A stretch of 64,000 nucleotides of DNA. It comes from the human T2T-CHM13v2.0 reference genome, Homo sapiens. Below, in pieces: positions 46,540 to 60,026 of the stretch (within the stretch, counting starts at the first letter, position 1; each line of letters opens with the position of its first letter). The position numbers were made by a program, and so were the translations under genes. The DNA is taken from NCBI RefSeq assembly GCF_009914755.1, contig NC_060943.1; one strand, given 5' to 3'. Below the pieces are notes generated by a model. That model was given only the letters and a program-made list of their open reading frames with translations. It did not search any database and had not been told where the DNA came from.

Positions 46540-46571
46540 TCTATCCATCTATCTATCTATCTATCTATCTA
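46540..46571. repeat. (TCTA)n microsatellite at Alu tail
   Basis: Seen directly. Confidence 0.85.
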
Positions 46572-47312
46572 TTATCCATTATTGAATGTTCTTCATAACA
46601 CTGCTCAGAAACACCATGACAAATTTGAATCAGACCAATATCTCCAAAAATGGGCAAGCAGATTAATGTGTCATTTCAGGCAGGCCCTAGCAGGAGATAA
46701 ACTTCTCAGCTATCACCATACATAAAACCTTATAATTCAATAAAATATCAAATGCAAACAAGAGCAGATCATAGAAATGTAAGTTGAGAAAAATCAGAGT
46801 GAACTTCTGACCTTACAATGACATTTTCTACTCTGAAACTATTAAAAGAATTCTAACAAAACCAGCATCTTCTTCCATACCTGTAACTGCCATGTGCACC
46901 CATAGCAGCCAGATTTCTTGGTCTCAAAGGCTCTTTTCCTCTAAATAGAACCAGGACACCCTACGAGGGTACTGAATCATGGGTTGATTCCATGACTCAG
47001 GACAAGAGGCATGGGGAACATGGACCAACAAAGAAGGATCAGTCTAAAACATCTTCTTAGGACCTGAACACAATATTCATTTAAAAAAAAAGAAAAAAAG
47101 AAGTCAAAAAAACAAATGTAACTGGACTCCTACTGGCTACACATCAAATTATCATAATTACTACAGATGCTTCTCAACTTATGACAGCGTTATATCCAAA
47201 TAAACCCATCACAAATTGAAAACATCATATGCCAAATGTGTATTTATGACCTACAATATTTTCAACTTAACATAGCCCCATCTTAGTTTGAGGAGCATAC
47301 TCTGACTGAGTA

Positions 47313-47737
47313 TGTCTTAGTCCATTTTGTATTGCTACAAAAGAATATCTGAGGCTGGGTGATTAATAAAGAGGTTTATTTGGCTCACTGTTCTGCAGAA
47401 TGTACAAGAATCATGGTGCAGCATCTGCTTCTGCTAAGGGTCTCAGGCTGCTTCCACTCATGGCAGATGATGAAGGGAGAGCCAGTGTATGCAGACATCA
47501 CATGGCAAGAGAGAAAACAAGAGGGTGAGGGAGGAGGTGCCAGGTTCTTTTGAACAACCAGCTCTCACAAAAATTAACAGAGCGATAGCTCACTCACCCC
47601 TCAATCCAGAGAGGGCATTAATTTATTCATGAGGGATCTTCCACCATGACCCAAACACCTTCCATTAGGCCCCACCTCCAACACTGAGATCAAACTTCAA
47701 CATGAGATTTGGAGGGACAAATATCCAAACTATAGCA
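47313..47737 (-). mobile_element. MST solo LTR (paralogue of 8300-8716) in a MER47-like fossil (~47162-47806)
   Basis: Same termini and context as copy 1, so it pre-dates the duplication. Confidence 0.85.
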
Positions 47738-50148
47738 ACATATCACTTTTGTACCATCATAAAGCTGAGAAATTGTTAGTTGACATTGTTGGGGACCATC
47801 TCTATAATAGTTCATTGGAACAAGTCTGTTAAAAATCATGTTCATACTGATACACAAAACATGTAATTATCATACATCTAGTATCATGTCACACTCAAAA
47901 GATAAATGGTTATAAATTTTACAAAAGGAGGCTGCAGTTAGGAATGTTTAATTTACTGTTTGTTGATAGTAGGTGAGAAAGAACTGTTCATATGCCTTTT
48001 TTCCACCAACTTGATGTTTGTTTAGAAGGTATAGTTACCTATTTGTATTGATCTGTAAAAGCAAGATGGAACAAATACAGAAAAGTTTGAGTAAGCCAGA
48101 CACTTTTGGAAGGGGCAGTGTACTAGAAATGGGAAAAATGTATCCATATTAACGGCTACTCGTAACTCCTATGAATCAGGTAAAAGGAGGGCCAAATAAA
48201 AATCAGTGCTAGGGAGTGAAGGTCAGACTCACAAACCAAATAAATGAAATATTCAATACATTTCACAATAAGAAAATACCCCAATGTCCTAATGAAAAAG
48301 AATAAAAACACATACTCGATCCTCTTCTCCTAGGAGATGAAATATATTGTTTTAAAAATGAGTTACTCCAATAAGATATGAATAAGCAATATATAAATAT
48401 ATAATAAACATAACAGACCAGTTAGATATATAATAGACAACAGATTAAATACTGCTGACTAAGCACAACTTAAGGGGATTATATAATTAAATGTATCCAA
48501 AAAAACCATTATTGAATTGACCTGTCACTTTCTAATACATCTTTGTTACTAAAAATTTAAGCAACTTAGTAACCATGACTCTGGGTCATCTGATATCATA
48601 ATGTGGTTCAAGGTCCACCAATCTTCTGTTTCTTTGATTGTATTTCCTTGTTTCAGGACAGGTAAAAATGTTAATATCATAATAAAGACCAAACTGTCCA
48701 ATTACCAAAACTGTGAAGCAGCAACAATGTCAAAGAATTACAAATAAAAGGAATAAGAATTTTTTGAAAAGCAACTAAAATTGAGAAAATTCTTTTTATA
48801 AGTGAATTCAGTATGTTCACTGAGCTTGTAAGCAAGGAAATAGTCTATGGATGCCTTCTCTGCTTTTAAAAGTAGTAGGTGATTTTTAAATTTTTACATA
48901 ATTGGTTTGTAACTTTAGCAAATATTTTAAAGTGTTTTATTATGTTTGCAAAGGGACTGTGACTTCCAACTTAGAAATCCCAAGATTGCATGATGATAGA
49001 GTTTCACTGGAAGGCCTCCTGGGATCTCTTTTTTATGACAATTCTTAATGAGATACCAGAATGTGCAATGACCCATAAAGGAGTTGTGCTGGGTTAATAC
49101 CCAGGGAATCTGTTGAGTTCAAAAAAGAAAGTCAAAGAGAATCAATATGAAAAAGATGAAAGTGGAAATAAAAAATAGGAACATGAGACTAGAAAGCCAG
49201 GTTTTAAATAGCCTCGTTTTGTAAGATTTATAAGATCACTGCATTAACAAAACCTGAAAAATGTTTAGAAAATTATAACTTTACCTATGATTATAGATAC
49301 AATTAAATGTTAAGAAATAGAATTAAGTAGTCTATCAAAAGCATAATAATCTGATAAGGATATATTCACAAAAAGAAGAAAGCTATCAATATAAATTATC
49401 ATTTTATAGATTTTTAAATGCACTGGAATAAAATCACAAAGGATTATTATTGATCTTTAAAAAAGTTAATCTCTCTAATTCATGATGCCACAATGGTATC
49501 ATGTTTTATAGCTTGATTTAAAGGCTTAATTTTTTTCAAAGTTTATCAACAGCTCACATACCAGCCATGATGTATAGGTGCTGATGATAAATGCTGAACA
49601 AAAACAAGGTTCCAGACAAAATAATCTTGGCTCCCTGAATAAACTAGAGGGTGCTAATTTTGTACTGAATATACTGTCAGCCTTATCACACAAGTTGACT
49701 TATGTTGACAACCTTAATGGCATTCATTTTTGAATAGTCTATTTCAATTTTCATTTTGTATTCAATCCACAGCTAAAATACACATGATTATAAATATTCA
49801 GAGGTCAAAGTCTCTCCATAGATTATTTATGCACTACAAATTAGATCTTTACAATGGACTTATGGCGGTTACCAGCTTACCCAAATGATCAAACTTAGTT
49901 TCACTAATGCAAGGACCTGTACTTAAATGTTTTCTGACAGTGAAATATGCCATACAAATAGCCTACAAAGTATTCTTCCCCAAAATGTTTAATCTGACCT
50001 AACAGAGCCTCTGGACTCAAATTCCCTTGTACAGAATATGCAACAAAGAGAACAACACTAAATGACACTATAAAGAAAGAAATCTAAACACATAGACAAT
50101 TTTCCTGGGCTAATCAAAATTCAATCTCATTTTTTAAGAATGAGGAGA

Positions 50149-50879
50149 TGGACCAGGCCTTTTCAAAACTATCAAGCAGATAGTCAGGGCCTGTGAAGTG
50201 TGCCAAAGAAATAATCCCCTGCACTGCAGGCCATACATTTCAATCTCTGTATCTTTAACCTCCTTGTTAAGTTTGTCTTTTCCAGAATCGAAGCTGTAAA
50301 GCCACAACTCATTCTTCAAATGGAGCCCCAGATGCAGTCCATGACTAAAATCTACCGCGGACCCCTGGACCGGCCTGCTAGCCCATGCTCCAATGTTAAT
50401 GACATCGAAGGCACCCCTCCAGAGGAAATCTCAACTGCACAACCCCTACTACACCCCAATTCAGCAGGAAGCAATTAGAGCAGTTGTTGGCCAACCTCCC
50501 CAACAGCACTTGGGTTTTCCTGTTGAGAGGGGGTACTGAGAAACAGGACTAGCTGGATTTCCTAGGCCGATTAAGAATCCCTAAGCCTAGATGGGAAGTT
50601 GACCACATCCACCTTTAAACACGGGGCTTGCAACTCAGCTCACACCCGACCCATCAGGTAAGAAAGAGAGCCCGCTAAAATGCTAATTAGGCAAAAACAG
50701 GAGGTAAAGAAATAGCCAATCATCTATTGCCTGAGAGCACAGCGGGAGGGACAATGATCAGGATATAAACCCAGGCATTCGAGCCGGCAACGACTACCCT
50801 CTTTGGGTCCCCTCCCTTTGTATGGGAGCTCTGTTTTCACTCTATTAAATCTTGCAACTGCAAAAAAAAAAAAAAAAAG
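50149..50879 (+). mobile_element. HERV-W (HERV17/LTR17) processed pseudogene, 5'-truncated
   Basis: Integrase fragment (GPGLFKTIKQIVRACEVCQRNNP) joined to the env cytoplasmic tail (50245-50478, CIFNLLVKFV..PNSAGSN*). Then polypurine tract, U3-R 50537-50861 with no U5, ATTAAA 50844-50849 and A17 tail. 13-bp TSD AAGAATGAGGAGA. Confidence 0.95.
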
Positions 50880-51789
50880 AAGAATGAGGAGAAAGGAGAA
50901 ATGTTCTAGGTCAGTGGCTCTCTAACTCTGGTTGGTATCACAATCACCTGGAGAAATAATAAAAAACATAGAGGCCCAGAATTATAAGCTAGGGCTTAAG
51001 CCTCTGTAGCTTTACTAAGTGCCACTGTTGATTCTAATACCTACCAAAATTTGAGCGCCTACATTCATAGGATTTCCAGGCTACAATACACTAAAGAGAG
51101 ATAACCAAATGCAATGCAGATTCTGCAATGGATTCTCCTTTGAATATGAATAGCTGTAAAAGATGGTTTGGAAGCCAATGAAGAAATCTGAAAATGGAAT
51201 GATATTACAGAATTATGAATACTTTCCTTAACGGTAATTATGGTACAATGGCTATATGATATTGTCTATATTGTCTTCATGTTTGGTTGATACACACGTT
51301 GATTAAATAAAGGGTAAAGTGTCATGATGTCTAAAACTTATTCTCAATGGTACAACAAATATACAAAAAATAAACGTGCAAATTGTTAACAATTTTGAAT
51401 CTAGGTTGGGGTATATGATTGTATATTTGACTATTCTTTCAAAACCCACAACAAGTATCAACTAGGTTTACCATCTTTTATGGGCAGAATTTGTGGTATC
51501 CCAAAGCAATTACAATAGCAACATCAAAAATCACTGGTCATTGATCACCATGATAGATATATAACAATGAAATAGTTTGAAATATTCTGAGAATTACCAA
51601 AATGTGACATAAAGACATGAAATGCACACCTGACGTTGGGAAAATGGACCTGATCGTCTTGCTCACCACAGGGTTGCCACAAACCTTCAGTTTGTATAAA
51701 ACACAATAACTGCAATGCACAATTCAGCGAGGTATGCCTGTATCTGGTAAATTATTTCATAGGGAGTACATTGTGAACATGACAACTAC

Positions 51790-52723
51790 CCTATATTCCT
51801 CATTCAAAGACTTTCTCACAAGAATTATCTTCTCCGAACTCTAAGGTATTTAGTGTGGCTATAAAACGCCCCACATTCCTTACACTCAAAGATTTCTCAG
51901 AAGTATGAATACTCAGAAGTTGAGCAAATCCCAGGCCATGATGAAAGTTCTTCACACATTCTTTTATGTTCACAAGATTTCTCATCAATATGAGCTCTCT
52001 GGTGTTGAGTAAATTTTTCGTACACAGTGAAGGCTTGTCCACACTCCTTATTGTCACAAAATTTCTAACTATTCTGAATTTTCTGATGTTGAGACAGCTG
52101 ATCATCCACAGCAAATGCTTTCCCATATTCCTTACATTATAGCGTTTCTCACCAGTATGAATTTTAACATGTTGAACAATGTTTGAGCTACAACTAAAGG
52201 TCTTCCCACATTCTGTACATTCACAGGGTTTCATACCAGTATGAATTCTTTGATGTGCAGTCAGGACCAAACTAAATCTGAAAGTTTTCCCACACTCCTT
52301 ACATTCATAGAGTTTCTCACCAGTATGAATACTCTGATGTTGAACAAGGTTTGAGCCACTATTGAAGGCCTTCCCACATTTCTCAAATTCAAATGGCTTC
52401 TCGCCAGTATGAATGACCTGAAGTCCAGCAAGCTGTGTCAGAAAACTGAAGGCCTTTCCACATTCTTTACATTCAAAGGGTTTTTTACCAGTGTGAATTT
52501 GGTAATGTTAAATAAGTGGTAATGATATCTAAAGGTCGTCCTCCACTCCTTGCATACAAAGAGTTTCTCACTGGAATGAATTTTCTGATGCTGAATAACG
52601 TTTGAACCACAAATGAAGCCTTTCCCACACCCCTTACATTCACATGGTTTTACACCAGCACGAATACTCTGATGTTGAACATGGTTTGAGACACGATTAA
52701 AGGACTTTCCACATTCCTTACAT
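51790..52723 (-). pseudogene. About 11 decayed finger repeats in the ZNF780A 3' UTR
   Basis: [22 protein letters not shown].., [10 protein letters not shown].. and [23 protein letters not shown] continue after the stop with indels. Confidence 0.9.
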
Positions 52724-54417
52724 TCAAGATGCCTTCTCACCTGTGTGAATGTTCTTATGGCGATTAAGCTGGGTGGGAAGACTAAAAACCTTTCCACATT
52801 CCTTACATTCAAAGGGTTTCTCACCAGTATGCAATTTCTGATGTCGAATAAGTTGCATATGAAGTCGAAAGGCTTTCCCACACTCCTTACATTCAAAGGG
52901 TTTCTCACCAGTATGCAATTTCTGATGTCGAATAAGGTGCATATGAAGTCGAAAGGCTTTCCCACATTCCTTACATTCAAAGGGTTTCTTTCCAGTATGA
53001 ATACTTCGATGTTGATTAAGATTTGAACCACGACGAAAGAATTTCCCACATTCCTTACATTCAAATGGTTTTTCACCTGTGTGAGTTTTCTGATGTTGGG
53101 AAAGTTGTAGGTAAAGTCTAAAAGCCTTCCCACACTCCTTACATTCATAGGGCTTCTCACCAGTGTGAATACTCTGATGTTGAACAAGGCTTGAGCCACG
53201 ATTGAAGGCCTTCCCACAGTCTTGACATTCAAATGGCTTGTCACCAGTATGAATTCGAGAATGTTCAATAAGTTGGCAATGATATCTAAAGGCCATCTCA
53301 CATTCCCTACATACAAAAGGTTTCTCATTGGAATGAATTTTCTGATGCTGAATAAGGTGTGCACCACGATTAAAGCCTTTCCCACACTCCTTACATTCAT
53401 ATGGTTTTATACCAGCATGAATACTCTGATGTTGAACAAGGTTTGAGCTACGATTAAAGGACTTCCCACATTCCTTACATTCAAACGGTTTTTCACCTGT
53501 GTGAATGTTCTTATGGCGATTAAGCTGGTTGAGAAGACTAAAGGCCTTCCCACATTCCCTGCATTCAAAGGGTTTCTCACCAGTATGAATCTTCTGATGT
53601 CGAACAAGCTTTGTCAGAAGAGTAAACGCCTTTCCACATTCTTTACATTCAAAGGGTTTCTCACCAGTATGAATTTGGCAATGTTCAATAAGTTGGTAAT
53701 GATATCGAAAGGCCATCCCACATTCCTTACATACAAAGGGTTTCTCATTGGAATGAATTTTCTGATGCTGAATAAGGTGTGCACCACGATTAAAGCCTTT
53801 CCCACACTCCTTACATTCATATGGTTTTACACCAGAATGAATACTCTGATGTTGAACAAGGTTTGAGCTACGATTAAAGGACTTCCCACATTCCTTACAT
53901 TCAAACAGTTTCTCACCTGTGTGAATGTTCTTATGGCGATTAAGCAGGGTAAGAAGACTAAAGGCCTTTCCACATTCGTTACATTCAAAAGGTTTCTCAC
54001 CAGTATGAAATTTCTGATGTCGAGTAAATTGTATGTGAAGTCGAAAGGCTTTCCCACACTCCTTACATTCAAAGGGTTTCTCTCCAGTATGAATACTCTG
54101 ATGCTGAATAAGATTTGCACTACGACTAAAGTATTTCCCACATTCCTTACATTCATACGGTTTATGTGTATTGCAAATAAGAGAAGCATGAGGAGTATGA
54201 GTAGGCAGTTTTTCATAGCTGATCATCTTTTGATTGATATTTCCTTCTTGATATCCCTGTAGTCCCTCAAATTGTCTATATTCTGAGTCATTTCTAAAAT
54301 AAAAGGCCTCAATGCCAAGAGTTGTACTTATTTGCTTTATAACCTGTTTGGGTAAATTTACTTCAGAGGTATCATTTTCTGGAGATACTTTCTCAGGTCC
54401 ATATTTTAACTCCAAAT
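52724..54417 (-). CDS. ZNF780A: ZNF780A spacer plus 17 C2H2 zinc fingers
   Basis: ORF 52724..54502 with acceptor at 54417. Spliced CDS is 9+127+96+1694 = 1926 nt = 641 aa, ending HTGEKAS*. Confidence 0.96.
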
Positions 54418-54799
54418 CTGAAAGAAATGAAGAAAGCAAACCTATTTTATTTTCGTATAACACACATGCATACAAAGTCCTTTTGTCAACTGAAACCATC
54501 AATTCAAACCAATAAAACCTTTATTGATTTTATTAGCCAAAACCAACAAAGTTGGTAGATAGAACCTTTCTCATATCACTTCTGTTTCCAGTGGAAGCAA
54601 ATGCACATCTGAGCCAGCCTGGTTATGTACATGTAAAAATAGGAAAATGAACCACAGAAGATTGAACCTAACTAGGTCAACTATCTGTTGAAACATATTG
54701 ATATGTTCTATAGGACTTAAGACCATGAGACCCATAGTTTCATAGTCAGTAATTAGAATGTCCAGGATACAATCCAAATATACTGGCATATACAAGAAA

Positions 54800-57700
54800 A
54801 TTTCAACTCACATTGGAAAAGAAAATCAACAGCAGCATTCTGCCAGGGGCCTGGGGATCACCCCACCCCTGCTTACCACAAGAACCAGCACGTACAACTG
54901 GGGGGCCTAAGGTCAGGTCCAGCAGACCCAGCTCTGTGCCCAAGTCCCCAAGCACACCATCTGGGGACCTGGGGATCACCCTGATCCATCTACCACCTTT
55001 GCTACCTAAGCACTCATCACAGAGGCCTAAGGTCAGACACATACAACCTGCTGTTTCCTCCACAACTGGTACCCACCTGTACTCACAACCGGAAGTTCTG
55101 GGGACTGGCCCACCCAGCCCATCATAGTCACCTCCAACACTAAGCACTTACTGCTTGGGAGCCAGAAGGTTGTCCTGTTCACTACTACTACCATCACCCA
55201 TGCCACACTTGCTGCCCAAGAATCCAAGAACCCATCCACCTACCCAGCATACCACTACCACTGCCAGCACTATCCAAACTACGAGGAGGCCAAAGAATCA
55301 ACGTGCCTAGACACACTAATACTAGTACCAGCATACACTATGCTGGGGCCCCAAAACAGGCACATCTGGACTGCCACTGCCACCACCAGAGCCCAAGGAC
55401 TTGCCTACCTTGTGTCCTCGTGCTAGGCCATTCTTGCATTAAAGGAATACCTGAGACTGGGTAATTTACGAAAAAATGAGTATTAACTGGCTCATGGTTC
55501 TGCAGGTTGTACATGGCGCTAGCATCTTCTCAGCTTCTGGGGAGGCTTTAGGGGCCTTTTACTCATAAAAGAAGGCAACACAGGACAAAGAATGTCACAC
55601 AGCAAGAGAAGGAACAAGAGAGAGAACAAGAAGAAGTGCCATATACTTTTAAACAACCAGGTCTTGCAAGAACTCACTTACTATTGTGAGGACAGCACCA
55701 AGGGGATGGTGCTAAGCCATTCATGAGAAATCCACCCCTATGATCCAATTACCTCCCACCAGGCCCCATCTCCAACACTGGGGATTACATTTCAACATGA
55801 GATTTAGAGGGGAAAATATCTAAACTATATCACTCCTCATCCCCAATAAAACTTCACCATACCCTCCACTAACCATCACAACCAAAGCCAAGGAAGAAAT
55901 CACAGACACCAAAGGCACTGTTTACAGCCAAAAAAAAAATCATAACACTACATAACAACACTACTGCACACGCCCAGAATCAAAGCGAAAATGCCCTATC
56001 CAACCCTATTAACCATAGGTACATCTTTAGGAAAAAAGCCTCCCCTACAAAAGCAAATTCAAAAAAATGAGAATAAACACAGGAAATAACAAAAAAAAAA
56101 AAAAGAGAAGGAAACTTGACATCTCCACAGGAACATAATAATTCTCCAGAAACATTCCAATGGGAGAAAAATGCTATATCCTAGCAAAAGAATTCAAAAT
56201 AATTATATTAAAGAAGCTAAGTGAGATACAAGAGAATTCGGAAGAACAATACAAACAAATCAGAAAAAAAAAACTCAGGATAAGAAGAAGAAACTTACCA
56301 ATTTCATTATAAAAAAGAACCAAACAGAAATTCTGAAACTGAATAATTCATTGAATAAAATATAAAATACATTCAAAATCTTCAACAACAGACTAGATCA
56401 AGTAGAAGAATCTCAGAACATAAAGCCAATTCTTTTGAAATAACCCAGTCAGACAAAAATAGAAAAACAAAAAAAGAAGAAGAAACAAAGACCCTATATG
56501 GGACATCATAAAACAACCAAATATTTGAAATTTTGAGGTCCCAGAGATGAAGAGAAAAAATAAAGGAAAGAAAATCTATTTAATGAAATAACAGCTGGCA
56601 ACTTTCCAATTCTAGCAAGAGATGTAGACATCCAGATACAGGAAGCTCAGAGATACCCAAATACATAACAACACAAAAAGGTCTTCTCCATGGCACATTA
56701 TGGTCAAAATATAAAAGTCAAAGACAAAGAGAGAATACTAAAAACAGGAAGAGAAAAGCATCTAGTCACTTACAAGGGAACTCTCATTAGCCGAACAGCA
56801 GATTTCTCAACAGAAAGAAATGAGAGAGAATGAAATGGTATATTCAAAATGTTGAAAGAAAAAACTTGCCAGTCAAGGATACTATCCTCAGCAAATTATA
56901 AAACATAAATGAAGAAGAAATAATCTTTCCCAGGCAAAAGCTGAGGGCAGACCAGCTCTACAAGATATGCTTAAGAGTCCTACACCTAGAAGTGAAAGAA
57001 TATCTGCCATTGTGAAAACACACAAAATTATAAAACCCACTGACACAGCAAACACAAATAAGCAGAAAGAACCCAAATGTTACCCCTATAGAAAACAACC
57101 AAACCACAATGATGAAAAATAAAAGAGAAAGAAAGGAACAAAGGATACACAAATCAACTAGAAATCAATTAATAAAATGACAAGAATAAGCCCTCACATA
57201 TCAGTAATCACATTGAACGTAAATGGATTAAACTTTTCATCTAAAAGATATAGATGGAATGGATTTTTTAAAAAGTGACCCAATTATATGCTGCCAACAG
57301 ACTCATCTCACTGGTAAAGACATATATGGATTGAAAGTAAAGGAATGGTAAAAGATATTCCATGCAAATGGAAACCAAAAGTGAGCAGGAATAGCTATAT
57401 TTATATCAGACAAAAAAGATTTTAAGTCAAAAGCAGCAAAAAAGAGACAAAGAAGATCACTGTATAATGATAAAGGGATCAATTCAGCAAGCGGATATAA
57501 CAATTCTAAACATACTATAATCCCAACACCAGAACACCCAGATATATAAGGTGAATATTATTAGATCAAAAGGGAGAGAGATGTATTCCAGTGCAATAAT
57601 CATTGGGGATTTCAACACCCCACTCTGAATTACACAGATCATCTAGATAGAAAATTAACAAGAAACATTGGATTTAAACTTCACATTAGACAAAACAGGC

Positions 57701-59458
57701 CTAACAGACATTTACTGAACATTTCATCAAATAGCTACAAAATACACATTTTCTCATTAGCACACAGAACATTCTCTAGGATAGACCATATGTTAGGATG
57801 CAATTCTTAACAAATTCTTCAAAACCAAAATTATATCAAGTCTTTTCTCAGACATGGAATAGAATGAGAAATCAGTAACAAGAGGAACTTTGGAAACTGT
57901 ACAACACATGAAAATTAAACAACCTGCTCCTATATAACCACTGGGTCAAGAAAGAACATAAGGAGGAAATTAAAAAATTTCTTGAAACAAATGAAAATCA
58001 GAATACAACATACCAAAACCTATGGGATACAGCAAAAGTACTGCTAAGAGCAAAGTTGATGGCAATAAACACCTACATTGAAAAAGCAGAAAGATTTCAA
58101 ATAAACGATCTAATGAAATTAGGGCAGAACTAAATAAAATACAGGCTAAATAATACAAAAGATCAATGAAATGAAAGGTTGTTTTTTAAAAAACATAAAT
58201 AAAATTAATAAACCACTAGCTAGACTAACCAAGAAGAAAAGAGAAGAAATAAGCAAAATCAGAAATAAAAAAAGGAGATATTACCACTGACACCACAGAA
58301 ACAGAAAAGATCATCAAAATAGAAAAGCTGAACAGGCCAATGAGTAATGAGATTGAATTAGTAATAAAATGTCACCCAAAAAAGAAAACTCCAGGACTGA
58401 TGGCTTCACTGCTGAATTCTATCTACCAAACTCTCAAAGAACTAATTCTCCTCAAACTATTCCAAAAAATTTCAGAGAAGGGAATTCTCCTTAACTCTTT
58501 CTATGGAGCTGGCATACCATGAAACCAAAACCAGACAAGGAAGAAACAAAAAAAGAAAATAGTTCTAGCCTAAAGTCACATGAATGCCTATGTTTATTGT
58601 AGCACTATTCATAATAGCAAAGACATGGAATCAACCTAAATGTCCATCAATGGTTACCTGGATAAAGAAAATGTGGTACATATACACCAAGGAATACTAT
58701 GCAACCATAAAAAAGAACAAGATTATGTGCAGCAATATGGATGGCATTGGATGCCATTATCCTAAGCAAATTAATTAAGGAACAGAAAACCAAATACTAC
58801 ATATTCTCACTTATAAATGGGAGCTAAACACCGAGTACACATGGACACAAAGAACAGAAAAACAGACATCAGGGCCTACTTGAGAGTAGAGGGTGGGAGG
58901 ACGAAGATCCAAAAACTACCTATTGGGTACTATGCTTATTACCGGGGTGGTGAAATAATCTGCACACCAAACCCACCACAACATGCAATTTACCCATATA
59001 AAAAACCCACTTATGTACCCCTTGGACCTAAAATAAAAGTTGGAAAATAAATTAAAAATAAATAAATAAATGGTGCTGGAAAACTGGATATCCGTATGTG
59101 ATAGAATGAAACCAGACCCCTATTTCTCACCGTATACAAAAATCAACTGGAAATGGATTAAAGACTTAAATGTAAGACTCAAAACTATAAAACAACTAAA
59201 AGAAAACATAAAGGAAGTGCTTCAGGACATTGACCTAGGCAAAAATTTTCTGGTTAACACTGCAAAAGCATAGGCGGCAAAAACAAAAATAGACAAATGG
59301 GACTATATTAAACTAAACGCTTCTGCAGAGCAAAGGAAACTATCATCGGAGGGAATAGACAAAATTAAATGAGAGAAATTATTTGCAAACTATTTCTCTG
59401 ACAAGAGACTCAAATAACAGGAAAAAAAAAAAAAATCCAATTAAAAAGTTGGCAAATG
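54800..59458 (+). mobile_element. Old L1 fragments (5' region, ORF1, ORF2, nested 3' piece) filling ZNF780A intron 4
   Basis: Degenerate L1 ORFs, e.g. MFIVALFIIAKTWNQPKCPSM.. and WISVCDRMKPDPYFSPYTKIN.. Confidence 0.8.
55420..55832 (-). mobile_element. MST (MSTA-like) solo LTR in ZNF780A intron, nested in old L1 5' sequence
   Basis: Typical MST sequence: aaaggaatacctgagactgggtaattta...catttcaacatgagattt...aaactatatca. Confidence 0.8.
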
Positions 59459-59756
59459 GGCTGGGCACGATGGCTCACACCTGTAATCCCAGGGCTTTGG
59501 GAGGCCGAGGCGGGCAGATCATCTGAGGTCAGGAGTTCAGGAACAACCTGGCCAACATGGTGAAACCCCATCTCTACTAAAAATACAAAAATTAGCCAGG
59601 TGTGGAGGTGGGCACCCGTCATCCCAGCTACTTGAGAAGCTGAGGCATGAGAATTGCTTGAACCCAACAGACAGAGGTTGCAGTGAGCCAAGATCAGATT
59701 ACTGCACTCCACACTGCAGGACAGAGCAAGATTCCACCTTAAAAAAAAAAAAAAAG
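59459..59756 (+). mobile_element. AluS
   Basis: Dimer with A tail. Confidence 0.88.
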
Positions 59757-60026
59757 TTTACCCTGGGAAAAAAAGAGGGAACTTACTCCACTAAAAGGGG
59801 AAGGAAATAAGAGAACAGAAATTAGGTGATTAGTAAATGATGAAGTTCCTTGGTGATGGCTTCTGCTGTAATCTTTATTTCCTTCCCAGGTCTTGGGCAT
59901 TTTTATCCAACAGGACTTGGGTCACTGAAGAAAGCTTTTCAAACCACATCTCAAGTGTATGACTCCTTTCTGAGCACATGTCCAGGACAATGATGGCTTC
60001 CCCCCGCCTGCTTTACCCTCACTTAC

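Noticed and set aside
52438-53400. 320-aa alternative-frame ORF (MNVRSVGK...) and similar shifted or antisense ORFs over both finger arrays
   Set aside because: Expected by-product of repetitive C2H2 codon usage. Its finger-like tail is just the post-frameshift fossil array; no independent evidence of translation.
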